Source: an uncultured Eubacteriales bacterium (GTDB lineage Bacteria > Bacillota > Clostridia > Oscillospirales > Acutalibacteraceae). From it: 64,000 nt of DNA. The DNA is taken from contig CBCPMW010000008.1 of the NCBI GenBank assembly GCA_965120375.1, positions 6,091 to 70,090 of the forward strand, in the 5' to 3' direction. The notes under the pieces were generated by a model that made no database searches, was not told where the DNA came from, and saw nothing but the letters and a program-made list of their open reading frames with translations. Below are positions 35,557 through 44,448 of the stretch, piece after piece. The position numbers and the translations under genes are program-made. Each line of letters begins with the position of its first letter. Within the stretch, counting starts at the first letter, position 1.

Positions 35557-36600
35557 ATGGTTTTTGATAACAAAATATTTGATAATCTAGAAAATTTTTA
35601 TTTTTCTACGAGGAAAAAAGTTAGAAATTTGGATAGATTGATGGTTTTATTTTTAGCTTTTTTAGTAAGTTCAATCTATATATTATCTTTTTTTGGATTG
35701 ACTCAAGGATCGAAAATATTTATATTTTCTGTATTAGTCTTGAGCTGGTCTATTGTTTCGATTTTAGGTTTAGAAAATTATATAAAAAAACTTCAAAAAG
35801 GATCAGATATTTTCAAGAAAAAATCTGAAAATGAATATAAAAGCTATAAGCAAAATACCCCAATAAAAGGAGATGTAATAGTAGTTAAATCTGGTGAGAC
35901 AATTCCAGTTTATGGAAAGATTGTTGAAGGGAAAGCTTTATTGGATGAAAGTAAAATAACAAAATCAAAAAATCCAATCTTTCGGGAAGAAGGTTTAGTT
36001 TTTTCTGGATCTACTTTAATATCAGGTTGGCTTGTAATAAAGGTTTTAGGAGAAAATGAATCAGATACTGCAGAGAACATAAAATTATTTGACTTATTTC
36101 CAGAAAAAAATGCAGGTAAAAATGAAAATGTATTAACTTTATTTAAAAATCTGTTAACTTTAATTCTCACAGTGTCTGTGTGTTCGTTATATTTTTATGT
36201 CCATTTCTTGATTTATCAAAGTGGAGGTAGCGAAAAATTACCGGTAATTTTCTTTATATCTTTTTTATTATGTTTGATTCCAACCACATTTTGGGGACTT
36301 TTGTCAGTTGCAGCAAAATATTTTTCATTTATTCCCCTTTTGTTTTCCCTACTGTACCCCGTAGTTTCACCACTCAATATAATGAATATTTCAAGTCTAG
36401 AAAGTGCTGCAATAGCTTCTCTGATTTACGATATTTTACTGATGATTTTTTTGATATTTTTTGACAAAATTATGATTAAACTTAGGGAGAATTTGACAAA
36501 AAGTAATGTATTGGCTTTTTTTATTTTTTTAGGAGTTGTTGTTCCATTTTTTGTGATTAAAGCAGTAGATATCGTGATTTCATCTACAGGGATTTTTTAA
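35557..36600 (+). CDS. kdpB: KdpB-derived membrane protein lacking the P-type ATPase phosphorylation (P) and nucleotide-binding (N) domains
   Basis: 347 aa, against about 680 aa for KdpB. It retains the N-terminal TM pair and an A-domain-like block (KGDVIVVKSGETIPVYGKIVEGKALLDESKITKSKNPIFRE...GSTLISGWLVIKV). TM4 (LLCLIPTTFWGLLS) is retained and fused directly to the C-terminal TM bundle (AKYFSFIPLLFSLLYPVVSPLNIMNISSLESAAIASLIYDILLMIFLIFF...). No DKTGT, TGDN or GDGxNDxP motif is present. Confidence 0.8.
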   Translation: MVFDNKIFDNLENFYFSTRKKVRNLDRLMVLFLAFLVSSIYILSFFGLTQGSKIFIFSVLVLSWSIVSILGLENYIKKLQKGSDIFKKKSENEYKSYKQNTPIKGDVIVVKSGETIPVYGKIVEGKALLDESKITKSKNPIFREEGLVFSGSTLISGWLVIKVLGENESDTAENIKLFDLFPEKNAGKNENVLTLFKNLLTLILTVSVCSLYFYVHFLIYQSGGSEKLPVIFFISFLLCLIPTTFWGLLSVAAKYFSFIPLLFSLLYPVVSPLNIMNISSLESAAIASLIYDILLMIFLIFFDKIMIKLRENLTKSNVLAFFIFLGVVVPFFVIKAVDIVISSTGIF

Positions 36601-36616
36601 AATGGGGGAATAGAAT

Positions 36617-37216
36617 TTGTATAAAATAAAAGAAATAATTAAAAGAGCATTCATTTTTACTGTTATAATTACGTTTTTTTGCTTAATTTATACTTTGGCT
36701 GTAACTTTAATTGCTCAATGTTTTTTTCAAAAAAAGGCAAATGGTAGTCTAATAGAAAAAGATGGCATAAAATATGGAAGCCTCTTAATTGGACAAAATT
36801 TTACTTCTAATGTTCACCTATGGGGAAGATTTGATAAAATTCAAGAAACTTATAAAGAACCACAAGATTCTAGTGAAAGTCAAGTTTCAAATTCAAAAGC
36901 ATCTAATATTTCTCCTGTTAGTGTAAAGTATAAAAAAATTATAGACCAAAGATTGCAAAAAATTAAAAATGCACATTCAAACGATTTGAAAGTTCCAGTT
37001 GAACTTGTTACAGGATCAGCCAGTGGTTTAGATCCGCATATATCTTATGATGCAGCTGTTTATCAAGCTCAAAGAATAGCAAAAAATAGAAATTTAAGCC
37101 TAGATAAAGTAGTTGAAATTATAGATAAATGCTCAGAGAAAAAATTTTTAGGAATTTTTGGAGAAAAAATAGTAAATGTTCTTTTAGTAAATTTATATTT
37201 GGAAGGAATATTATGA
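36617..37216 (+). CDS. kdpC: potassium-transporting ATPase subunit C (KdpC)
   Basis: N-terminal TM segment, then ANGSLIEKDG...LIGQNFT, VPVELVTGSASGLDPHIS and NVLLVNLYLE. TTG start follows RBS GGGGGAA. Confidence 0.88.
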   Translation: MYKIKEIIKRAFIFTVIITFFCLIYTLAVTLIAQCFFQKKANGSLIEKDGIKYGSLLIGQNFTSNVHLWGRFDKIQETYKEPQDSSESQVSNSKASNISPVSVKYKKIIDQRLQKIKNAHSNDLKVPVELVTGSASGLDPHISYDAAVYQAQRIAKNRNLSLDKVVEIIDKCSEKKFLGIFGEKIVNVLLVNLYLEGIL

Positions 37217-37222
37217 ATTTCA

Positions 37223-38158
37223 CTATTTTTTCATAATTTCTAAAGCCGCGTTTACTATATTATCACTATTTAGTTTATAATAATTCTTTAGCTCATCAAG
37301 TTTTCCAACTTGCCCAAATTCATCTTCTATGCCGATGGATTTTGCTGGTACGGGGCAATTTTCCATCAAAACTTCACATATTGCAGATTTTAGTCCACCC
37401 ATTTTATTATGATTTTCAGCGATAATTACTCTTTTTGTTTTTTGTGCCGATTGTATGACAGTTTCTTTGTCTATTGGTTTTATTGTGTGAATGTCAATAA
37501 TTTCAGCATCTATTCCTTGTCTTTCTAATTCTTTGCAAGCGTTCATAGATTCAAAAACCATTATCCCTGAGCAAAAAATTGTTATGTCGTTTCCCTCTCT
37601 TACTATCGATGCTTTAAATAAATCAAATTCAGCATCACTGCCATATATATCTGGGACATTTTTTCGGCTCATGCGCATATAAACTGGTCCGTTATAGTTA
37701 GCAATTTGGGGGATAGCTTTTTTTAATTGAGCTTTATCACTTGGCTCAAATATTACTATTTTCGGGATACTTCTTAAAACGCCAATATCTTCGACGCTCA
37801 TATGTGTTCCACCGTTTAGTTCAGCAGTTATTCCCGGATCTGAACCAATAATTTTTACATTTTGCTTTGCATAACATATAGAAACAGCTATCTGATCGCA
37901 TATTCTTCTTGTTGCAAAAGGGGCAAAAGTAACAATAAACGGGATAAAGCCATAACTACTTATCCCGGCTGCAACAGATGCCATATTTTGTTCAGCAACT
38001 CCAACATTAAAAACATTATTTGGATATTTTTTTATTAAATTAGTAAAGCCATTTGGTTTAGCAAGATCGGCGTTTAAAACTACAAAATTTTCATTTTGAT
38101 TAATCAATATTTCCAGTTCTTGTGCTAAAATTTCTCTCATTTCCACTTTATAGATCAC
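37223..38158 (-). CDS. transketolase, C-terminal (pyrimidine-binding) subunit
   Basis: 311 aa with NVGVAEQNMASVAAGIS, a split-transketolase/DXS-like Pyr domain and a C-terminal domain. It overlaps the upstream N-terminal subunit gene by 4 nt. Confidence 0.9.
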   Translation of the reverse strand: MIYKVEMREILAQELEILINQNENFVVLNADLAKPNGFTNLIKKYPNNVFNVGVAEQNMASVAAGISSYGFIPFIVTFAPFATRRICDQIAVSICYAKQNVKIIGSDPGITAELNGGTHMSVEDIGVLRSIPKIVIFEPSDKAQLKKAIPQIANYNGPVYMRMSRKNVPDIYGSDAEFDLFKASIVREGNDITIFCSGIMVFESMNACKELERQGIDAEIIDIHTIKPIDKETVIQSAQKTKRVIIAENHNKMGGLKSAICEVLMENCPVPAKSIGIEDEFGQVGKLDELKNYYKLNSDNIVNAALEIMKK

Positions 38159-38976
38159 CTCTTTTTAGAATTTAGTTCGCTTATTGTTTCGTTTAGCATT
38201 TCATTTGTAACCGTCATACTGTGGTTTTCAGGATACGCATTTTCGGCAAACTTTACCCCATAACCTTTAGTCGTATTTAGTATTATCATAGATGGTTTGT
38301 CAGAAGATTTTACATTTTCGATTGCATTATCAATCTCTTTACAGCTATTCCCATTTTCAACGTTTATTACATTCCATCCAAAAGCTTTCCATTTATCATA
38401 TAAAGGATCAATATCACATATGTCACTTATCTTTCCATCGAGCTGCAATTTGTTGTAATCTGTAAAAGCTATTAAATTATTTAGTTTCCAATGAGAAGCA
38501 AGCATTGCAGCTTCCCAAATTTGTCCTTCTTGAGATTCGCCATCGCCAATTATCGAATATATAGTTGCAGAGTCTTTACGAAGCTTTGATCCCATGGCAA
38601 CCCCCACAGCGCACGAAAACCCTTGTCCAAGTGACCCAGTTGTCATGTCGATTCCTGGAGTTTTGTTCATGTCGCAGTGACTCGGAAGTTTAGTTCCGAA
38701 CTTGTTTAAAGTTAGCAGTAAATCTCTATCAAAATAACCAGCATTACTTAAGGTGGCGTACACAGCTGGACCAGCATGTCCTTTGGAAACAATAAGCCTA
38801 TCGCGTCCTGGTATATTAGGGTTTTTCGGATCGATTTTCATGTGTTTAAAATATAGAACTACCAAAAGTTCAACTATAGAAAGTGATCCACCTACATGAC
38901 CGGATCCGACCGAAGCAATTGCCGAAATTATATCTTTTCTTATTTGTAAGCATTTTAAATCAAAATTCAAAACCAA
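38155..38976 (-). CDS. transketolase, N-terminal (TPP-binding) subunit
   Basis: 273 aa with SGHVGGSLS, SKGHAGPAVYA and GDGESQEGQIWEA (the TPP GDG motif). The exact start is uncertain (TTG at 38976 or 38970). Confidence 0.9.
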   Translation of the reverse strand: MVLNFDLKCLQIRKDIISAIASVGSGHVGGSLSIVELLVVLYFKHMKIDPKNPNIPGRDRLIVSKGHAGPAVYATLSNAGYFDRDLLLTLNKFGTKLPSHCDMNKTPGIDMTTGSLGQGFSCAVGVAMGSKLRKDSATIYSIIGDGESQEGQIWEAAMLASHWKLNNLIAFTDYNKLQLDGKISDICDIDPLYDKWKAFGWNVINVENGNSCKEIDNAIENVKSSDKPSMIILNTTKGYGVKFAENAYPENHSMTVTNEMLNETISELNSKKR

Positions 38977-39080
38977 ATACCCCCTAAAGATATTCTAAAA
39001 ATGTAAAATTTTTGTGTTATAAAATAGTCTAAATTTGAGTCTTTTAAAAATTTTTATAATGTTTTTGATAAAATTCAAAT

Positions 39081-39503
39081 TTATCCCAAGTTCTCAGGAC
39101 CAAAACTGTAAGGAAGAAGTTGGTCTAATGTAAAAACTTTAAAGTCTTTTTCGTTTTTAGCAAGTATTATTTCAAAACTACTCGGTACACAAAACTCTCT
39201 CAGCATTTGTCGGCAAACTCCGCATGGGGGAGAATAATCAGAAAAGTTGTCTTGTTCATCTTCTTTTCCTCCAACTACTGCTATAGCTTTAAATTTTCGA
39301 TGTCCGTCATATAGAGATCTAAATAACGCTGTACGTTCAGCGCAGTTAGTTGGGGAATAAGAAGCACATTCGATATTGAACCCTGAGTATATTTTGTTAT
39401 TATCTGTTAAAATTGCAGCACCGACTTTAAACCTAGAATAAGGAGTATAAGCTTTTTTGCGAGAAGAGATTGCTTTTTTAATCAATAAATTTACTAGATC
39501 CAC
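39081..39503 (-). CDS. cdd: cytidine deaminase
   Basis: Zinc motifs CAERTALF and PCGVCRQ, plus YTPYSRFKVGAA. GTG 39503 follows RBS GGAGGAAA; the ORF track opens earlier, at 39536. Confidence 0.9.
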   Translation of the reverse strand: MDLVNLLIKKAISSRKKAYTPYSRFKVGAAILTDNNKIYSGFNIECASYSPTNCAERTALFRSLYDGHRKFKAIAVVGGKEDEQDNFSDYSPPCGVCRQMLREFCVPSSFEIILAKNEKDFKVFTLDQLLPYSFGPENLG

Positions 39504-39567
39504 GTTATTTCCTCCATTTGATACTAAATGACACAAAGAATTATAGTACAGAAAAAGTATAAATAAA

Positions 39568-39593
39568 ACTCCACAAAAATTTATTTATGGAGT
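39568..39593 (-). terminator. weak candidate terminator downstream of the yabE-like gene
   Basis: On the minus strand, ACTCCA ... TGGAGT forms a 6-bp stem followed by TTTTATTTAT. The stem is short and the loop AT-rich, so confidence is low. Confidence 0.3.
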
Positions 39594-39604
39594 CTCCATT
39601 TAAA

Positions 39605-40852
39605 TCAATCTAAAATATAAACTTTTACAGTTCGTCTGCCAAAATTCAAACACTCTCTATTAGAGCTCATATAAAGGTCAACTAAAGCAGACCCTTGCCG
39701 GAGTGCACCTCCAGTATCTTCAGCTCTTGCGTAGCCATAAACAAATCCATCAGTTGAAACTATATACATTCTAGTTCCGTAAGGTATTATACTTGGATTC
39801 ACAGCTACAGTTCCGTGTCTGGGAGTTGTTCCAGTTGAAGTTAAAGCTCCAGATCCAGCTGTATAGGCAGTTCCCGACCCAGTTAAAACTTTTGAGTATG
39901 AAAAAGATTGCCCTTTACTATCTTTACTTGTTGCCGATTTATCATTTGATAATGCACCAGATGTAGACTTACTGCCAGAAATTTTTACAGGCTGTCTTTT
40001 CTTTTTTGTCCCAACTAAAACTACTTCATCAATTGGTTCGAGAGTTACCTTATTTTTCACTTCTTCTGATTTTACAACTTCTCCATTTACCAAAGTCTCT
40101 TTTATTATAACTTCACTTTCTCCATTTATACCTTTGACAGATGTTTGTAAAACCCCTTCATCGAGATAGTCGGCGTCTTTCCTTATAGTTTTATACGGAA
40201 CAGATTTGGTCGTGATTTTGTTTCTGTACCCAACTCGCTCAATAGAAATTTCCATTTTATCTGAAATGGTTTCAGATACGTCTTTGCTCAGTACATCGTT
40301 TTCATAGAGAGGAATTTCAGCAAACGAAAGAGCTTCAGAGACACTCGACCCAACCGGGACACAGTAATCTTTACTGCGCCCATCAGCATGAATAGTAACC
40401 TTATGGCGACGATCAACCAAAATTTCCATATTTGGTTCAAGACTGGCATGTAAATCAGGAATAACAGCGTCATTCTCTCCAATGTCTACAGATGAACTCA
40501 ATATAGCATCAGATACTGTACCCATAACAAACTTCATGGGAATAATTTCGCCATCAACTAGAATACTTACGTCAAAAGCCCTCTTAACTACAATCTCAGT
40601 TGAACTATCAGGATTATCAACCCTGAATATCAAATCATCTGGGTTAAGATCAATGTTCGCCTGTTTCAAAATTTTGTTTGTATCAGTGTTTATAGTTAAA
40701 ACCGAAATGATTTGAGATCCATCATGTATATCTACCCTTTTACTAAAAGCGCTTACAGTAAATACTGAAACAAAAAGTAAACATCCCATTGTAGTCAAAG
40801 CAACTAAGCGTTTAAGCTGCTTAGAGACCTCTTGTTTTGCTGCATTTTTCAT
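39605..40852 (-). CDS. YabE-like cell-wall protein (DUF348 repeats, G5 domain, C-terminal 3D domain)
   Basis: N-terminal TM segment. The middle has a G5-like segment (ITTKSVPYKTIRKDADYLDEGVLQTSVKGINGESEV). The C-terminal 3D domain reads GTAYT...TSTGTTPRHGTVAVNPSIIPYGTRMYI...GYARAEDTGGAL. Confidence 0.8.
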   Translation of the reverse strand: MKNAAKQEVSKQLKRLVALTTMGCLLFVSVFTVSAFSKRVDIHDGSQIISVLTINTDTNKILKQANIDLNPDDLIFRVDNPDSSTEIVVKRAFDVSILVDGEIIPMKFVMGTVSDAILSSSVDIGENDAVIPDLHASLEPNMEILVDRRHKVTIHADGRSKDYCVPVGSSVSEALSFAEIPLYENDVLSKDVSETISDKMEISIERVGYRNKITTKSVPYKTIRKDADYLDEGVLQTSVKGINGESEVIIKETLVNGEVVKSEEVKNKVTLEPIDEVVLVGTKKKRQPVKISGSKSTSGALSNDKSATSKDSKGQSFSYSKVLTGSGTAYTAGSGALTSTGTTPRHGTVAVNPSIIPYGTRMYIVSTDGFVYGYARAEDTGGALRQGSALVDLYMSSNRECLNFGRRTVKVYILD

Positions 40853-41288
40853 ACATGTATCCTCCTTGGAGATAAATAAATTTCACAAGAATATAGAATT
40901 TTGTAATATCTCTGAAACATTTAATGAAAAAAGACATATGACCTATTTTATTCTGCAAAGCGTATGGTGTCAAATAATATAAAACTTATTTTTTATGAAT
41001 AATAACGATAAATAACTAAATTAGAGTTAAATGAATAAATTAATTATTAAGAAAAGTGCCAGAATAGGATCTCACAACTTAACATTTAAGCGTAGTCAAC
41101 TGGTAAATTTGTAGAAAGTGCCGAAATTATTATTTACAAAAATATTACAACCGGTTACACGCAGAAAGAGCTGTTCAATACTATGTATAAGTATTTTACT
41201 ATTTTGAGAAAATATATGCATAATAATTGCTACAATTAATCATATGTAGGGATTTTTTTGTGCAAAACATCATATAAAGAAAAAGGCC

Positions 41289-41317
41289 TTGCAATTGTGC
41301 AAGTAGTGTGCTATAAT
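41289..41317 (+). promoter_or_regulatory. candidate SigA promoter for rplS, with an extended -10
   Basis: TTGCAA (41289-41294), 17-nt spacer ending in TGc, TATAAT (41312-41317). Confidence 0.6.
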
Positions 41318-41323
41318 GCTCTC

Positions 41324-41469
41324 TGTGTCGTGTCTCTGCCGGGATACCTTGTTTTTGTGGGGATGTTGTCTCGAGTTCAGAGCCTCGGTTTTGGTAAGAT
41401 ATCTGTGTGAAGTAGAATGCATTCCTCTGATCTTGTTAAAGGTCAAGAATGTAGGTGTTTGGAGGATTT
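41324..41469 (+). promoter_or_regulatory. long GC-enriched 5' leader of rplS (possible L19 autoregulatory leader)
   Basis: About 145 nt separate the predicted start site from the rplS ATG, and this stretch is notably more GC-rich than the flanking spacer. Firmicutes are known to carry an L19 leader upstream of rplS. The specific fold was not verified by eye. Confidence 0.3.
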
Positions 41470-41814
41470 ATGGAAGCATTAAGAAAAATTTTTGAAAAAT
41501 CAATGAAAAAAGAGGTACCGGACTTTAAAGTTGGAGATACTGTAAGAGTTGACGTGAACATAAAAGAAGGAGAGCGGGAGCGTGTACAGGCTTTTGAGGG
41601 TACTGTTATAGCCAGAAGGGGTAGTAATATAACAGAGACATTTACGGTAAGGAGAATTTCCTACGGTGTTGGCGTAGAGCGCGTGTTCCCTTTGCATGCC
41701 CCCAGTGTTAAGTCTGTGACGGTTGTGAGAAAAGGGAAAGTAAGAAGGAGCAAGCTTTATTACTTAAGAAAAAGAGTAGGGAAAGCTGCAAAAGTTAAGG
41801 AACAGATAAATTAA
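41470..41814 (+). CDS. rplS: 50S ribosomal protein L19
   Basis: Sequence reads [68 protein letters not shown] is present. The ORF track opens at GTG 41455. Confidence 0.95.
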   Translation: MEALRKIFEKSMKKEVPDFKVGDTVRVDVNIKEGERERVQAFEGTVIARRGSNITETFTVRRISYGVGVERVFPLHAPSVKSVTVVRKGKVRRSKLYYLRKRVGKAAKVKEQIN

Positions 41815-41840
41815 GGGCTTTTGGTTAAGCCCTTTCTGTT
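41813..41840 (+). terminator. rho-independent terminator or attenuator after rplS
   Basis: AAGGGCTT (41813-41820), 6-nt loop, AAGCCCTT (41827-41834), followed by a T-rich run TCTGTTGGTTT. Confidence 0.55.
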
Positions 41841-41859
41841 GGTTTAAAAGCGGTAGGGG

Positions 41860-42438
41860 GTGAAAATTTTGGGGAATATAGGTGATGAGAGATGGCAAGA
41901 CAAAGAGGAAGTTAACGGGTTTGTTGTTAGTTGTTTTGAGTGGACTGAGGCTGTGGTCGAGGCGGTTATACCAGTAGTTTTTATTTTAGCATTTATTTTC
42001 AGGATAGTAAGTGTTTCTGGGGGATCTATGCTTGATACGCTACATGATATGGATAAAGTCTTAGTTACAGAGTGGTACTATAAACCTAGGAATGGAGATG
42101 TTGTTGTAATAAGGAGAGGTCAAAATTTAAATGAACCCCTTATAAAAAGGGTTATTGCAACAGAGGGGCAATCTTTAAGTATAGATTTTACTACTGGAAC
42201 GGTTACGGTAAATGGGGAAGTGTTGGATGAGAGTGGCTATATAAAGGAAAAAATGTGGCTACGTGAGGATGGAGAGATTCCAACGCTTATTCCGGAAGGA
42301 TATTGCTTTGTTATGGGGGATAATAGAAATAATTCATTAGATAGTCGTTCTACGGCCATAGGGTTAGTTAAGAATGAAGATATAAAGGGTAAGGCTTCTT
42401 TTGTGGTGTACCCAATAAATAGAATTAAGAAAATATAG
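41860..42438 (+). CDS. lepB: signal peptidase I
   Basis: TM anchor, then the catalytic Ser box VSGGSMLDTL, the Lys box LIKRVIA, and GDNRNNSLDSR. The start is uncertain (GTG 41860 or TTG 41869). Confidence 0.9.
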   Translation: MKILGNIGDERWQDKEEVNGFVVSCFEWTEAVVEAVIPVVFILAFIFRIVSVSGGSMLDTLHDMDKVLVTEWYYKPRNGDVVVIRRGQNLNEPLIKRVIATEGQSLSIDFTTGTVTVNGEVLDESGYIKEKMWLREDGEIPTLIPEGYCFVMGDNRNNSLDSRSTAIGLVKNEDIKGKASFVVYPINRIKKI

Positions 42439-42520
42439 ATTTTATTTTGCTCAAAGATGATTTTTGTTTTAAGAGTTACTTTTGGCTTTTTTGGCGAACT
42501 GTCTGTGATTTTTTACTTTA

Positions 42521-43432
42521 ATGGTATATACTCTTAAAGGTGTAAAAGGGGAGATATGTGTGGAAGTGCCCCAAGTTAGTTGGTTTCCTGGGCATATGGC
42601 CAAGGCTATGAGGGATATAAAAGAGAGGCTTGGATTAGTTGATTTAGTTGTAGAAGTTGCTGATGCTAGGGCAGCTATAAGTAGTAGAAATCCAGATATA
42701 ATGAAGATCGCTTCTGGGAAACCTATTCTCCTGGTTTTAAATAAAGCCGATCTTGCAGATCCTACGTGTAATAGGCAATGGTCCGAATATTATGAAATTA
42801 TGGGGCTTAGATCAATGCTTGTGGACTGTAGGTCTGGAATAGGATTAGAGATCTTTAGGGAAAAAGTAAATAATGTGCTAAAAGGGAAGATAGAGGCGCG
42901 GGAGAACAAGGGTGCAGTAAAAAGCACAGTAAGGATAATGGTGCTGGGTGTGCCCAATACAGGAAAATCTTCTCTAATAAATAAGTTGACGGGAAGTAAT
43001 GTTGTAAAATCTGAGAATAGACCCGGGGTTACAAGGGGGAATCAGTGGATACGTGTAAATAATGATATACAAATCTTGGATACCCCAGGGGTTTTGCCTC
43101 CGAAGATTCAAGACGGTGAGTCTAAGAGTAACCTTGCTTTTATAGGTTCAATAAAGGATGAAGTTTTAGATATAGAAAGTGTTTCACTTCATTTAATGAG
43201 ATTTATTCTAGATAGTAGTTATATAGGAATGTTAAAAAAAAGGTATAATTTAGAAAACGATAATATTGAGAACATGGATCCATATGAAGTTTTAAGTTTA
43301 ATAGGTAAAAGACGGGGGTTTTTGGTTAAGGGAGGGGAGATAGACACATTCAGGGTCTCCAAAATGTTTGTAACTGAATTTCGTTCAGGGAAAATAGGGA
43401 GGATTACACTTGAGAAAGCGCAGAACTTGTGA
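42521..43432 (+). CDS. rbgA: ribosome biogenesis GTPase A (RbgA/YlqF)
   Basis: Circularly permuted GTPase: WFPGHMAKA, NKADLAD (G4) placed before GVPNTGKSSLIN (G1), and DTPG (G3). The start may instead be GTG 42560. Confidence 0.9.
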   Translation: MVYTLKGVKGEICVEVPQVSWFPGHMAKAMRDIKERLGLVDLVVEVADARAAISSRNPDIMKIASGKPILLVLNKADLADPTCNRQWSEYYEIMGLRSMLVDCRSGIGLEIFREKVNNVLKGKIEARENKGAVKSTVRIMVLGVPNTGKSSLINKLTGSNVVKSENRPGVTRGNQWIRVNNDIQILDTPGVLPPKIQDGESKSNLAFIGSIKDEVLDIESVSLHLMRFILDSSYIGMLKKRYNLENDNIENMDPYEVLSLIGKRRGFLVKGGEIDTFRVSKMFVTEFRSGKIGRITLEKAQNL

Positions 43433-43442
43433 AAGCGGTGCG

Positions 43443-44090
43443 ATGCTTGGTTCAGATGAAGTAGATTGGTTAAAATTTGAAAATAAGTATAAATACGAAG
43501 GTTATAGGATAGTTTGTGGAATTGACGAAGCTGGTAGAGGACCTTTGGCAGGTCCGGTGTGCGCCGGTGCAGTAATATTGAAAGATGGAGACATGATTTC
43601 TGGTGTAGATGATTCTAAAAAGTTGAAGCCTAAAAGGAGAGAAGAACTTTCCAAAATTATAAAAGAGAGGGCCTATGCTTATGCTATAGCCTATGCTAGT
43701 GAAGAGGAGATAGAAAATTTAAATATACTGGGAGCAACGTACGCTGCCATGAAAAGGGCTGTTGAAAAGCTAGATATAAAACCTAGCTTAGTACTTGTGG
43801 ATGGAAATAGTACACCTGATTTTGGTATCCCTGCAAGATCAATAGTAAAAGGTGATTCTCTTTCTATGTCGATAGCGTGTGCTTCCATACTTGCGAAAGT
43901 TGAGAGGGATAAGTATATGGCAAATCTTAGCAAAATGTATCCAAGCTACGGGTTTGATAAACATAAAGGATATGGCACTAAACTCCACATTCAAAAAATA
44001 AAAGAGCATGGGCCATGTTCAGTACACAGGTTGAGTTTTCTTAAAAATATTTTGGAGGATAATTATGCAAACAGCAAAGAAGCTAGGTAA
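43443..44090 (+). CDS. rnhB: ribonuclease HII
   Basis: Motifs GIDEAGRGPLAGPV, DSKKL, ASILAKV and HRLSF. ATG 43443 follows the rbgA stop; the ORF track opens at TTG 43410. Confidence 0.92.
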   Translation: MLGSDEVDWLKFENKYKYEGYRIVCGIDEAGRGPLAGPVCAGAVILKDGDMISGVDDSKKLKPKRREELSKIIKERAYAYAIAYASEEEIENLNILGATYAAMKRAVEKLDIKPSLVLVDGNSTPDFGIPARSIVKGDSLSMSIACASILAKVERDKYMANLSKMYPSYGFDKHKGYGTKLHIQKIKEHGPCSVHRLSFLKNILEDNYANSKEAR

Positions 44091-44448
44091 TATGGGGGAA
44101 AAAACGGTGGCAGATTACGCTAAACAAAAAGGGATGTGCTTGATAGCTTCGAATTATTATAGTAGGTACGGGGAAATAGATTTGATTTGTCAAGATAAAG
44201 ATCATATAGTCTTTACTGAGGTAAAGATGAGGAATGAAAGGTCACCTATTTATGGCTTGGAATTGGTTAGTAAAGGAAAAAGAAAGAAAATAATAAAAAC
44301 GGCATACTCTTATATACAGAAAAATAATATAGAAACACAACCAAGATTTGATGTCGCCGAAATTAGGTGTAATAATCAAGGGAATCCTGTTAAGATAATA
44401 TATATAAATGATGCATTTGGTTTGGAGGAATGTGATGAAATTTTTTGA
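44065..44448 (+). CDS. yraN: YraN-family (UPF0102) endonuclease-like protein
   Basis: 127 aa with GEIDLI...VFTEVKMR and RFDV, the PD-(D/E)xK-like core typical of YraN. It sits in the conserved position after rnhB. Confidence 0.8.
   Translation: MQTAKKLGNMGEKTVADYAKQKGMCLIASNYYSRYGEIDLICQDKDHIVFTEVKMRNERSPIYGLELVSKGKRKKIIKTAYSYIQKNNIETQPRFDVAEIRCNNQGNPVKIIYINDAFGLEECDEIF

Noticed and set aside
33826-37216. Very low GC (about 20-25% in spot counts) of the kdp genes as evidence of horizontal transfer
   Set aside because: These are polytopic membrane proteins rich in Phe, Ile and Leu in an AT-rich genome, and other membrane genes here (24918-26170) look similar. Composition alone does not support foreign origin.
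41050-41130. A repeated GAAAGTGCC-like 9-mer (41050-41064 and 41116-41129) as a possible operator pair
   Set aside because: A single 9-mer recurrence within a 600-nt spacer is not statistically unusual, and it has no dyad symmetry.
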